Origin: Octopus vulgaris
Taxonomy: Eukaryota
Direction: 5' to 3'
Assembly (NCBI GenBank): GCA_951406725.2
Contig: OX597836.1
Location: 46,686,001-46,750,000, forward strand
Length of the DNA stretch: 64,000 bases
The notes under the pieces are model-generated. The model saw nothing but the letters and a program-made list of their open reading frames with translations, made no database searches and had not been told where the DNA came from. Shown here piece after piece: positions 12,040-25,224 of the stretch (its first letter is position 1; the number at the start of each line of letters is the position of its first letter). The translations under genes and the position numbers were made by a program.

Positions 12040-12966
12040 GATCAGGAGCAAAGAAGACACAAGAATGAGAATGCTAAGTTCCAAATGTGACCAACCTGTG
12101 CATTAAATTGGTTGATTTGTTTGAAGACCAATCCAACTACCAAATCTTCGCGACCTGGCAGCAACCAGCTCATTCTTGATGATGCCACAAGGGATTTAAA
12201 ATGTTTATTAAACATTGTAGTCCAAGACTCATCTGAAGTAATCTTTAGATTTGCTGTCCTCAATGCCATCTTTGGTTTGAAAGTAGAGTTATTACTGGAA
12301 CAGATTGTTCCAACTGGGTAAGAGTGACCACAGGTCATAGAGTTAATGATTCCGAGAGGTAAGTTGTGGTTTTAGGTGATGTTATAAGCTGTAACTGGTG
12401 AACAGGGTGTGAATACAGAACCTGTTGATCCATTGGTGGGTTACTGTGGTTAGAGCTAGGAGGAAGGCCCCCACATATTTAAAATTTGACACCCTAAATG
12501 AGGGCTGAATGGGTTTTTCAGGTGAACAAATATTTGAGTTGTAAACTGTAAATAGAAGGCTCCAGTGAAGCATTGTAAAGGTGTGGGATTCAGTGAAGTG
12601 TGTCATTCCAGGAGAGGGAACAACTGTTAAATTCTTAGGTTGAGTGAACTGGACTGGTGGTTCAGTTGTTAAAGTTGTTTCAAACAGTTACGGTACATTG
12701 CACTTGAGAAATAAGTTGTAAGCAGAGATGACGATCTCCTGGTTACATCTCCAAATCAGGGATCAGGATAAGAGACCGGGAGAGAGCCCCATTGAATGGG
12801 AACTTTGACCTTTGCTCATAATCAAGACTAACAACTGGGTCATTAAATAGGGGCCACAAATATAAACAGACATAAATCCACCTGACATAGTTGAATGGTA
12901 ATTAGTGATATAACAATAAACAGAACAGCGAGCAGGGGTCAAAGTAACATCTTCATCTTCTGAAAC
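12040..12966 (-). other. Candidate terminal exon of a minus-strand transcript (non-repetitive in window, no intact ORF)
   Basis: Acceptor-like TTTATAG|G with AG at 12968-12967; sequence less AT-rich than flanks; 3' boundary uncertain. Confidence 0.35.
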
Positions 12967-12987
12967 CTATAAACATACATATACATC

Positions 12988-13086
<99 letters not shown>

Positions 13087-13103
13087 ATATGTATATGTGT
13101 ATA

Positions 13104-13196
<93 letters not shown>

Positions 13197-13235
13197 CATT
13201 GTATATGTATGTATGTGTGTATGTATATCACTTGC

Positions 13236-13355
13236 CTGGTTTTAGTTTCAGCTTTAATAATTCCCGAAGTTGTTGTTCTGGGAACAGTTACAGTCAGTGT
13301 GAATGTCAAAGGAAAAACGGAAAGTGATGTTTGTATGTGTGTGTGTGTGTGTGTT
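13236..13355 (-). other. Candidate exon with GC donor
   Basis: Acceptor CATTTCAG|A; donor CAG|GCAAGT matches the GC-AG consensus. Confidence 0.35.
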
Positions 13356-13643
13356 CTGAAATGAGTGTATAATGGAATGTGTCAGCTGCAATGTAGGTGT
13401 GTATATTGTTATATATATATGTATATGTCATTCTAGGAAAATAATTAAAGTTATTAAGATATGATGCGTATTTATTTATAAATACATTCATAGAAATACA
13501 TGTAAATTACAATGATGCAGGCTGTTTTATATATATGTGAGTGTGTCTATTTGTCTGACTGTCTGTCTCTCACTCTCTCTCACATTCTCTTGCTCACTCA
13601 CTCTGTATATATACATATATACATGCATGTGAATATATGTGCG

Positions 13644-13675
<32 letters not shown>

Positions 13676-13733
13676 CACAAACATGTGAATATATGTGTAT
13701 ATATATATATATATATATACACATGCATGTGAA

Positions 13734-13773
<40 letters not shown>

Positions 13774-14044
13774 CATGTGAATATATGTGTGTATATATAT
13801 ATATACATACATATAAATATAAGTGTATATATATATATATATATATACACACACAAACACATATATATAGGCATAAATATATATACACATATACATAAAC
13901 ATATATATACATATATACACACACACACACATATATATATACATAAATATATATATATATACATATATATGTTTATATATATATATATATAAATAAACAT
14001 ATACGGGTATATATACACATTTATGTACATACATATAAGCATAC

Positions 14045-14077
<33 letters not shown>

Positions 14078-14093
14078 CGTTTCTATCAATCTA

Positions 14094-14127
<34 letters not shown>

Positions 14128-14189
14128 CACACACACATATATATATTATATATATACACACACACATGTTTATATATATATATATATAT

Positions 14190-14490
14190 CATCATCATCA
14201 TCATCATCATCGTTTAATGTCCGTTTTCCATGCTAGCATGGGTTGGACGGTTTGACTAGGGCCTGGGAAGTCAGGATGCTGCTCCAGGCTCCAGTCTGAT
14301 CTGGCAGTGTTTCTACAGCTGGATGCCCTTCCTAACGCCAACGACTGTGAGTGTACTGGGTGCCGTTTTACATGCCACTGGCAGGGGAGCCAGAGGGGAT
14401 GGCATCGACCATGGTCGGATGGTGCTTTTTACATGCCACCAGTGCGAAAGCCAGTCGAGGCAGCATTGGTATCGGCCATGTTCAGATAGT
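14190..14490 (-). mobile_element. RTE 3'-end fragment (family C)
   Basis: Matches the tail of 971-1622. Confidence 0.75.
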
Positions 14491-14746
14491 GCAATGGGTT
14501 AAATGCTAAAAGATTAAAGAAGCTCTCGAAATTCCTCAGGTACGAAAAAAAGAAATTGTGAACAAGTCAAATATATGAGATAAAGGTAGCTGATAACTCA
14601 GTAGAAAGTAATTAATAAAGAACAAAATCAGATTAAGATTATTTTATACATGCATACATACATACTTGCATATATACTTACAAACATGCGTTTATATATA
14701 CAAACATGCGTTTATATATACATACACACATACATATACAAACATA

Positions 14747-14798
<52 letters not shown>

Positions 14799-15329
14799 TA
14801 TATATATCCATGTACATATGTATGTATATGTCAATATATATGTGTTTATATTTACTGTGTATATATATATATATATAAATACATATATATATATGCATGC
14901 ACAAAACACATACTCACATACAGACACATGCAAGCATACATACATGCACATATACAGAAACACATGCACACACAGACACTCATGCGTGCACACGGTCACA
15001 CATGCACACACACAGACACACATGTGCACACACACAAATAAATGTGACAGAGACAGTAAAGTCAATATGTGAGTTGTTTCAACACCAAATTCTGTAAATA
15101 GCTTCACACTATATTCTAAAGCAATAATTTCATCATCACATGATAAGGTCTGCTAGAAATCTGTCGGTGCCATTGTCTGTGAGAGTCAATTTTTTACCAA
15201 CCTAGCTGACTTTATTGCTCTCTCACTCTTTCTCTCTTCATTAGCAGTACGACTAATTTTCCTCCTGTCTATCATTACATTATATATACAGATGGATACA
15301 CATACATTTAACAATGTGTGTGTATATAT

Positions 15330-16130
15330 ATATATATATATATACATATATATGCATACAAACATTACGTATATACATGCATGCATACATATGTATTTAT
15401 ATATACATACATGCATATATACATGCATGCATACATGCATATATGCATATATACACATATTATGAATAGCTATATAGAATTATACATACATGCATATGCA
15501 TGCATAGAAATATACACACTTGGATACGTAGCTACATAGTATGCATATATATATATACATGCATGCATACATGCATATATGCATATATATATATATATAT
15601 ATATATACATGCATGCATATGCATGCATAGAAATATACACACTTGGATACGTAGCTACATAGTATGCATATATATATATACATGCATGCATACATGCATA
15701 TATACACACTTGGATATACACATAGTATGCATATATATATATATACATGCATGCATACATGCATATATGCATATATACACATATTATGCAAATCTATATC
15801 GAATTATGCATACATGCATATGCATGCATACCAATATACATACTTGGATACATAGCTACATAGTATGCATATATATATATATATATATATGTACATGTAT
15901 GCATGCATATGTGCATACATAAATGCAAGTATGCATACATGCAAGCATGCATGTATTCATTCTATAATACATGCAACATGCATGCTAGCATGCATACATT
16001 GATACATATATATGAAACTCGTATGCATCTATCGATTCCCATACACATACATGCATGGATATATGCATGTATATGCATATACATAGATAAGCATGCATGC
16101 ATGCATACGTACACACATACATACATACAA
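15330..16130. repeat. Compound (TA)/(TGCA) low-complexity tract with internal duplications of about 125 bp
   Basis: CACACTTGGATACGTAGCTACATAGTATGC recurs near 15515, 15640 and, diverged, 15705 and 15840. Confidence 0.85.
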
Positions 16131-16547
16131 TGTAAATACTTAATTTATGCACTATAAATGATCTTGATATCTGGAACTAAAAATCTTCAAAACCTTCTTG
16201 AAAAGAAGCAAAACATACATACATACGTGCATACATACATACATACACACAGACGGACAGAGATCAGCTGTCCTGCAGATGCAGGCAGTTCTTCTGAAAC
16301 CTGTGAGAAGCAGAATGTTTATGAAAAACTACTTCAGCACTTGCAGCTCCTTCGCCCTGATTATATTTTCATATCTATACCAATAATCACTGATGCGTTT
16401 AGCTTTGTTAATAAATCTTGAAGTAACAATTTGTAAAAAGCCAGGATTTTCAAGCGAAGAAAGAGACCGGCTTCTAGCATATGTTGTACAGATAGAATCT
16501 CTAAGTGCAACAGTGAACATATACAAGACTTAACCTAAATGTAAAAT

Positions 16548-16996
16548 AGGTGTTGGAGTGGCTGTGTGGTAAGTAGCTTGCTTACCAGCCATGTGGTTCC
16601 AGTTTTAGTCCCACTGCGTGGCACCTTGGGCGAGTGTCTTCTACTATAGCCTCGGGCCAACGAAAGCCTTGTGAGTGGATTTGGTAGACAGAAACTGAAA
16701 GAAGCCCATCATATATATGTATCTTTTATCTTTTTTTTTTATCTATTACTTGTTTCAGTCGTTTGACTGCGGCCATGCTGGAGCACCGCCTTTAGTCAAG
16801 CAAATCGATCCCAGGACTTATTCTTTGTAAGCCCAGTACTTATTCTATCGGTCTCTTTTTGCCGAACTGCTAAGTGACGGGGACGTAGAAACACCAGCAT
16901 CGGTTGTCAAGCAATGCTAGGGGGACAAACACAGACACACAAATACACACACATATTCATATATATATATATATATATACGACAGGCTTCTTTTGG

Positions 16997-17037
<41 letters not shown>

Positions 17038-17053
17038 GACAGGCTTCTTTTGG

Positions 17054-17098
<45 letters not shown>

Positions 17099-17114
17099 GA
17101 CAGGCTTCTTTTGG

Positions 17115-17160
<46 letters not shown>

Positions 17161-17394
17161 TGCATGTATGTGTGTGGTGTGCGTATATGTTTGTGCATCT
17201 ATGTTTGTCCCCCAGCATTGCTTGACAACTGATGCTGGTGTTTTTACGTCCCCGTCACTTAGCATTTCGGCAAAAGAGACCGATAGAATAAGTACTGGGC
17301 TTACAAAGAATAAGTCCTGGGGTCGATTTGCTCGACTAAAAGGCGGTGCTCCAGCCTGGCCGCAGTCAAATGACTGAAACAAGTAAAAGAGTAA
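16548..17394 (+). mobile_element. SINE family A with an inverted 3' half of another family-A copy nested in its (TA)n tract (about 16745-16993)
   Basis: Head 16548-16715, nested minus-strand copy, then 3' half 17170-17394. Confidence 0.8.
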
Positions 17395-17644
17395 ATATAA
17401 CAGTTATTATTGCTGTCATTCAAATTGCAGAGATGAAGATTTGTTTTGTTCCTTCATAGGAAACCAAAAATTTGTGAGAAAAGTTTCAAATAATTCACAA
17501 AGGAAGAAATGTGCATTTACATGCACGTACACATGCACGTATACATCATGCATCATCATCATCATGCATCATGCATCATCATCATCATTTTCTTCTTCTT
17601 CCCTTTCTTCCTCCTCTACTTCTTTTGCATGCTAGCATGGGTTG

Positions 17645-17925
17645 GAGGCACATGGCCTAGTGGTTAGAGCAGCGGACTCGCGGTCGAGGGATCGCGGGTT
17701 CAAATCTCAGACCGGGTGGAGCGAAACACCTAAGCTCCACGTGGCTCCGGCAGAAGATAATGGCGAACTTCTGCTGACTCTTTCGCCACAACTTTTTCTC
17801 ATTCTTTCCTTCTGCATAATGCAACACACCTGCGACGGACTAGCGTCCCATCCAGGTGGGGAACCTATCCGCCAAGGAAACTGGGAAATCGGCCCTTATG
17901 AGCCAGGCATGGCTCGGGAAGGAAT
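17645..17925 (+). mobile_element. tRNA-derived SINE inserted in a family-C fragment
   Basis: GGAGGCACATGGCCTAGTGG...GGGTTCAAATCTC; TAGCATGGGTTGGA is repeated on both sides. Confidence 0.7.
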
Positions 17926-18148
17926 ACATACATACATAGCATGGGTTGGACAGTTTGACAGGAGCTGGCAAGCCAGAGAACTGCACCAAGCTTTACAGTC
18001 TGTTTTGGCACGGTTTTTTGATGACTGGTTGCCCTTCCTAATGCCTTACAGTGTGTGTGGGTTGCACAGATAGATCGCTAGATAGATTAAAGCAGAAAAG
18101 AAAAGGCAAAGAGCTGGCAAAACTTGACAAGGACATTTAATTCAGCTT

Positions 18149-18555
18149 TTTTACTCTTTTACTCTTTTACTTGTTTCAATCATTTGATTGTGGCCATGCT
18201 GGAGCAACGCCTTTAGTCGAGCAAATCAACCTCAGGACTTATTCTTTGTAAGCCTAGTACTTATTCTAATAATCTCTTTTGCCAAACCGTTAAGTGATGG
18301 GGCCATAAACACACCAGCATCGGTTGTCAAGCGATGTTGGGTGGGACAAACACAGACACACAAACACATACACACATATATATACACATATACAACAGGC
18401 TTCTTTCAGTTTCCGTCTACCAAATCCACTCACAAGGCTTTGGTCAGCCCGAGGCTATTGTAGAAGACACTTGCCCAGGTGCCACGCAGTGGGACTAAAA
18501 CTGGAACCATGTGGTTGGTAAGCAAGCTACTTACCACACAGCCACTCCTATGCCT
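18149..18555 (-). mobile_element. SINE family A
   Basis: Reverse complement of family A. Confidence 0.85.
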
Positions 18556-18848
18556 ATATAAAAGGTTTAACTGTTTCTAGGATGTTTCAGCAATTGTAGC
18601 ATCATGTCAAGTGAAAATTCCGTATATTCTGAACATCTCATCATCAGAGGGAGATAGGTTAAACAGGTCTAACAGTGGGAGGAAGCTCCTCATCAATGAT
18701 AGTTGTTGTGGTTCACTGTTACATATGTCTAACATAGCTCTCTGCTGATGTTCTAATAGCTGGAATCTTCTAGAAACAGCTGTCAGAGACTATCTAAACC
18801 TTTTATTATATAGCTAAATTAAACATAAAGGCATGAGTTATATATATA

Positions 18849-18882
<34 letters not shown>

Positions 18883-19266
18883 ATATATATATATATATAA
18901 TGTATATAGTATATATAATATATATAATATATATGATATATAAAAAGACATGAGAGAAAGAAAATAGAAATCACAAGTCACTTTATTCATAATGATCCAA
19001 ACTGCTGTTGACATCAGGTAACCAAATACTGTGAACAGGCTTTAGACAGCATACTGCGAGCTGTATGCCTGAATATAAAATTATTACCCCCCCCCACACA
19101 CACACACACATATATCATACAGATGTATATATATATATGTATGTATATTATGCATATATGAGTATTATGTATATTATGCATGTATGAGTATATCTATATA
19201 CATATTAATATCTATCTATCTATCTTGGATTTTGGCGTTCGGTTCAGCAAATTATATTTTTGATAT

Positions 19267-19342
19267 ACTCTACTGAGGATTCGAAAATGATTATGTAAGT
19301 AAAATTACACAATCTATTAACGATGAAACAATTGTATAGAGT
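19267..19342 (+). ncRNA. Type I hammerhead ribozyme motif, near-canonical
   Basis: Stem I ACTCTA/TAGAGT; CTGAGGA 19273-19279; stem II TCG/CGA closed by a U.U mismatch; GAAA 19325-19328; palindromic stem III ACAATTGT; GUA triplet. Confidence 0.6.
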
Positions 19343-21763
19343 TAATCTATTTTTTCGTTATTTTTCATTTGTCCTGCCCGCTTACATTCTTGGCGTGTTG
19401 AATTAATGCTTGAGAACAATTCTTTAGTGGTGGATTCCCTTTGCGGATCTATTTCTAGCGTTAGAGTGACCACATGTGGTCTCTCTCTTATTACTTGTAT
19501 CTATCTATCTATATATATGTATATATCAGGGGCGAAGTGTCTATGTATGCATTGTATGCCTTACCATTTTTCCATGATTAATAATTTTGTGTAATATACA
19601 ATTGATTATTGATCATTTTCTCTAGATTCATTGTAGTCATATTTACTTTTGTTTTTCATATTCCTTCATTTCTTTGTACAATTTGTAAACAATCGATATC
19701 ATTTAACAATTGTAAGTAGTGAAAGCTCTTGTTTTGCTTTGTGAGAAAAGAAGGAAAAGCTGTGAATTGACTACTTTCCTGTTCTTTTGAGGAGGGATCG
19801 GCAAGAAAGAAAGACAAAACAAAGGAGTGGTCAACAGAGAGGAAGGTGAATTTTTTACTGCTTGCTTTCAGTCATAATCAATAAGAGCAATGGTGTTTGT
19901 CTTTTCTGTCATTTCTCTTTAGAATTGAGTGTCAAAATGAGAGACAAAAAAAGGGTGGGGGAGTGAGTGGTCAACAGAAGGAAAAGCAAAGGGAAGCAAA
20001 TTTTTTACAGCTTGCTTTCAGTCATAAGAGTAAGGGCAGTGGTGTTATTTTCTTTGTATTGTATTATTTTTGAGAAGGGAGTATCAAAAAGAGGGACAAA
20101 ACAAAAAGAAAATGTGTGGTCAAGAAAAAGAAAGCAGATCTTTTACTGCTTGCCTTCCAGTTGTGTTAAGCCAGCAGACATGTTGTCAGCTTTTTTTTTT
20201 GTCTCTTGAAGTGCTGATGTTTTTACTGTCCTGCGTCCAGTAGAGATGAAAAACTTGCCTATTCTGAGGACTTTCCTGAGGCTTTCCTCATAGTCGGACA
20301 GATTTAGACGAGAAATGTAGATTTAGTCAATTTACAAATTTGTCTTACTGCTTTCTGATATATTTTGTATGATTATTCAGTACTGAAGCATACACATTTT
20401 ATCTTTGACCTTCTACTTGTTTCAATCAGTAAATTGTGGCTATGCTGGGGCACCACTTTAAATAATTTTTAGTCTAATGAATCTACCCCAGTACTTTTTT
20501 CAGTGCCTGGTGCTTTGGTCGGCCTGAGGCTATAGTAGAAGACACTTGCCCAAGGTGTCACGCAGTGGGAATGAACCCGGAATCATGTGGTTGGTAAGCA
20601 GGCTACTTACCACACAGCCACTCCTGCGCCTGTTAAGATTTGGACTGATTCAGCCATGGGACAGGGAATAGGTAGCATTGGTGATCACCAATGAGAAGAG
20701 TATCCAAACGAAAGAGGCTGTAGAAATGATGAGCTAGTTCTACCTGGGACTCCTAAGAGAGCCAGCAGCTGAGTCTGACAGGAAGCTGCAGGGATCATCA
20801 TTTAATACCCAAGTTCAATTCATTGGATTTAGTCTCAAAAATTCAGTGAAATGAGTCACACATGAGGAATGAACTCACTGCATAGAGTTGAGTGGTTGGT
20901 GACAGGATGGGCGCTCAGCTGTCAGCTGCCCTGATACTGTAGATGAAACTATGAAAGGTTGGGGATCGTCTCTGTTGTGTGCATGCATGTGTGTGTGAGA
21001 GTGTGTATGTGTATGTGTGGGTGTGTGTGGGAGTGTGTGGATGTGTGTGTCTGTATATGTGCGCATGTGTGTGTGAGTGTATATCTGTATCTGTGTGGGC
21101 ATGTTTGAGTGCATGCGTGTCCATCCATGTGCGTGTATATGTGTATGTGTATGTGTGTGTGAGTATGTGTCTGTATATGTGTGCATGTGTGTGGATATGT
21201 TTGTGTGTATGTGTATCCGTCCATGTGTGTGTATATAAACGTGTATGTGTTTCTGTGCATGTGTGTATTTGTGTCCGTCCATGTGTGCGTATGTGTGTAT
21301 GTGCTGCTGTACATGTATGTGTTTATCTATGTGCGTGTGTATGTGTTTGTGTACATGTATGTGTGTATGTGTTTCTCTGTGTGTGTGTGCGAATGTGTCT
21401 CTGTACGCGTGCATGTGTGCGTGCGTTTATGTACATGTGTGTGTGTATGTGTGATTACCTGATTATGAAAGACTGACAGATGGAGAGATGCTGGAAGATC
21501 TGTCCAGTGTGTCAGCATGGAACTAAAATGATGACGATGAGGGAGACGATGATGGGGATGAAACAGACACCAGCAATGACAACGATGACGGCAACAATGA
21601 TGATGATGATGATGATGATGATATTCTCAAGGCTAGCATGGGTGCAATAGGTTTACAAATCCAGGATATTTAATAAATGCTCAAAGTATTTGTGACACTA
21701 ATTGTAGATAATTGCTTTTATTATAAACTGATGGCTGCTGGTAAAATTAAACACACACACACA

Positions 21764-21878
<115 letters not shown>

Positions 21879-21973
21879 ACACATTTTTATATATATGCAT
21901 GTTGACGTCATATATACTAATGTTATAAAGATCCAGACTATTTCATACACATTCTCTCTCTCTTTCACTTTCG

Positions 21974-22012
<39 letters not shown>

Positions 22013-22025
22013 GAACACACACTTT

Positions 22026-22089
22026 TGTATGTATGTATGTATGTGTGTGTATGTATGTATGTATGTACGTGTGTATGTATGTGTGTGTA

Positions 22090-22126
<37 letters not shown>

Positions 22127-22139
22127 ATGTATGTGTGTA

Positions 22140-22170
<31 letters not shown>

Positions 22171-22381
22171 ATGTGTGTATGTATGTGTGTGTATGTATGT
22201 GTGTATGTATGTATGCATGTGTGTATGTATATATGTATGTATGTATGTGTGTGTGTATGTATGTATGTATGTATGTATGTATGCATGTATGCATGTATGT
22301 ATGTATGTGTGTATGTATGTATATATGTATGTATGTATGTGTGTATGTATGTATGTATGTGTGTATGTATGTGTGTATGTA

Positions 22382-22412
<31 letters not shown>

Positions 22413-22860
22413 ATGTATGTGTGTATGTATGTGTGTGTATGTATGTGTGTATGTATGTATGCATGTGTGTATGTATATATGTATGTATGTATGTGTGTGT
22501 GTATGTATGTATGTATGTATGTATGTATGCATGTATGCATGTATGTATGTATGTGTGTATGTATGTGTGTGTATGTATGTGTGTATGTATGTATTTGTGT
22601 TTGTGAATGTATGTATGTGTGTATGTATGTATGTATGTATGCATGTATGTATGTATGTATGTGTGTATGTATGTGTGTGTATGTATGTGTGTATGTGTAT
22701 GTATGCATGTATGTATGTATGTATGTATGTATGTGTATGTATGTATATGTGTGTGTATGTATATATGTATGTATGTATGTATGTGTGTATGTGTGTGTAT
22801 GTATGTATGTATGTATGTATGTATGTGTGTGTGTATGCATGCATGTATGTATGTATGTAT
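22026..22860. repeat. Compound (GTAT)n/(GT)n microsatellite
   Basis: Direct reading; source of the His/Thr/Tyr and Cys/Val/Met ORFs. Confidence 0.97.
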
Positions 22861-23094
22861 GAAAATCTAATGCTTGCTTTAAAACACACACACACGTGAG
22901 TCAATGATGGGTTAATCACGATGTTGCTCAACCTGCTAAAAATAGCAGCTAAATATCTTTTAAATCATTTTATTATCTTGACTGGTATGATCCTTCTTGA
23001 CCACATTAATAGCTGGGTCTAAGATGGGATGGTCACAGTTGGAGTACCTTTGATTTTAAGTGTGTAGGACCAGGACTGATCAACAGCGACAACA

Positions 23095-23130
<36 letters not shown>

Positions 23131-23132
<2 letters not shown>

Positions 23133-23353
23133 GGAGTAAACACATAAATGTGAAACAAGGTGGAAAAAGAGTACTCAAATACCAGTGGTAGAGTAATATG
23201 CTTTATTTTAAGCAGCAGAAAATTTAACAAAATTTAACAGTTTCTCGTTGCCGTTCATCAGACAGTTTTTTCTAGCAAAAACTGTCTGATGAACGGCAAC
23301 TAGAAACTCAGAGTAACAGATTTTGTTGAATTTTCTGCTGCTTAAAATAAAGT
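23131..23353 (-). mobile_element. Fold-back mini-element (inverted arm plus full arm with unique tail) with hammerhead-like cores, in (TA)n
   Basis: Arms centred on TTTTTCTAGCAAAAA; CTGT-CTGATGA-ACGGCAACTA-GAAA-CTCAGAG-TA-ACAG; same family, opposite orientation, at 39183-39433. Confidence 0.8.
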
Positions 23354-23517
23354 ATATATATATATATATTGTTGGTATCCTTTCTGTCTTGGGAGACAAT
23401 GGAGTTGTGCATAAAGTAGTCTAGTCCGGCTTTTATATTTCATGTCCTGATACATTTCCTGCTGTGGCTGTGTAGTCCTGCGCAAAATATATATATATAT
23501 ATATATCATATGTATAT

Positions 23518-23738
23518 CTCTTTTACTCTTTTACTTGTTTCAGTCATTTGACTGCGACCATGCTGGAGCACCGCCTTTAGTTGAAGAAATCGACCCCAGG
23601 ACTTATTCTTTGTAAGCCTAGTACTTATTCTATCAGTCTCTTTTGCCGAACCGCTAAGTGACGGGGACGTGAACACACCTGCATCGGTTGTCAAGCGATG
23701 TTGGGGGGACAAACACAGACACACAAACATATACACAC

Positions 23739-23785
<47 letters not shown>

Positions 23786-23948
23786 TACGACAGGCTTCTT
23801 TCAGTTTCCGTCTACCAAATCCCTTCACAAGGCTTTGGTCGGCTCGAGGCTATAGTAGAAGACACTTGCCCAAGGTGCCACGCAGTGGGACTGAACCCGG
23901 AACCATGTGGTTGGTAAGCAAGCTACTTACCACACAGCCACTCCTGTG

Positions 23949-23950
<2 letters not shown>
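23518..23950 (-). mobile_element. SINE family A
   Basis: Reverse complement of family A. Confidence 0.88.
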
Positions 23951-24001
<51 letters not shown>

Positions 24002-25224
24002 TATATGTGTGTATATATATGTATGTATACACTTACATTTATAAGTCATACATATATGTACACCCACACATACTTATACACATAAACATGCATATACACA
24101 TAGGCACATACACATATGCAGAAACATAAATATGCACACACATACGAATACACAATATACAAACATACACAATATCTAATTATAGCAAAATGGGGTTATT
24201 GTTTCTGGTTTATTTCTGCAGGAAATGATGGAGTAAAGGAGCGCAAGAGGAATGTCTAATCTATTCTAATTGGACGGATTAAAAATGAAAAGCTTTCTTT
24301 CTTCAGAAGGGAAGTCAGTAGAAGAATTATGTGAAAAATGTTGGCTGTTTGTATTTTGATGGTAAGGTGAGCGTTGTGTGATCACAGTTGTGGACACGAC
24401 AAATTTACTAAGAATATTTTGAGGGCACTGAAGAATGGCAAAGATTATCACAAGACCTCGTTTTATCTGATAAACAGAATTTTATTCATGTAGCAGCTTA
24501 GTGAAAATAGTTGATAACTTTTGGGATTTGGGCTGATCTCTTTGAAAGACTTAAAAAGACAAATGTTTACTTGGGTTCATGGTGTCCTGTTGATGAGAGA
24601 GAAATTTCCTCTATGTTTAGTCCCTTGTGGGTAGTAAAGAAATAGGTATTTCGTCTGTTTTTTTTTTTTTAACATTCTGAGTTCAAATTCCCCTCAGAGC
24701 CGATAGAGCACCAGTGAAGCAGTGGGGTTGATGTCATCGATTAGTCCCCTCCCCCAAAACCTCAGGTCCCGTGCCTTTAGTAGAAAGGATTATTATTAGT
24801 AGTAGTAGAAGCTAGTCTATGTTAAGATGGGTGCTTTTACGTGGGTCATGATGGTGTCATGTAAAATACCCTGTGTCAATGGCAGCTAAAAGATCCTGAA
24901 CCAGTGTCATCTAAAGGCATCTGTGCTGGTTTGATGTAAAAGCAGCCATGCTGGTGTCACATGACGACACCCATGTCACTGCTGCATAAAAGTGCCCCTG
25001 CTAGGGCCACATAAAAGCACCCAGTACACCCTGTAAAGTGGTTGGTATTAGGAAGGGCATCTAACTGTAGAAACCACAGCAGACAAATCGATCCCAAGCA
25101 ACCCTCAGTTGGCCAACACCTGTCAAACTGTCCCATCAATACCAACATGGAGAACAGATGTTAAAAGATGATGATGATGATACTGATGATCAAGGCAGTA
25201 GCGGGGCTGTAAATTGCATAGCAC

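Noticed and set aside
12040-12966. Possible octopus chemotactile or nicotinic receptor-like pseudogene
   Set aside because: I recognised no ligand-gated channel motifs or four-TM pattern in any frame.
20258-20335. CTGAGGA...GAAA...GTC motif
   Set aside because: Stems I-III cannot be formed convincingly.
23669-24129. Recurrent ORFs such as YQIHSQGFGR...[16 protein letters not shown]
   Set aside because: They are antisense translations of SINE family A, repeated at every copy.
24280-24360. MKSFLSSEGKSVEELCEKCWLF resembling hAT/GTF2IRD2 transposase
   Set aside because: Too short, with no supporting flanking motifs.
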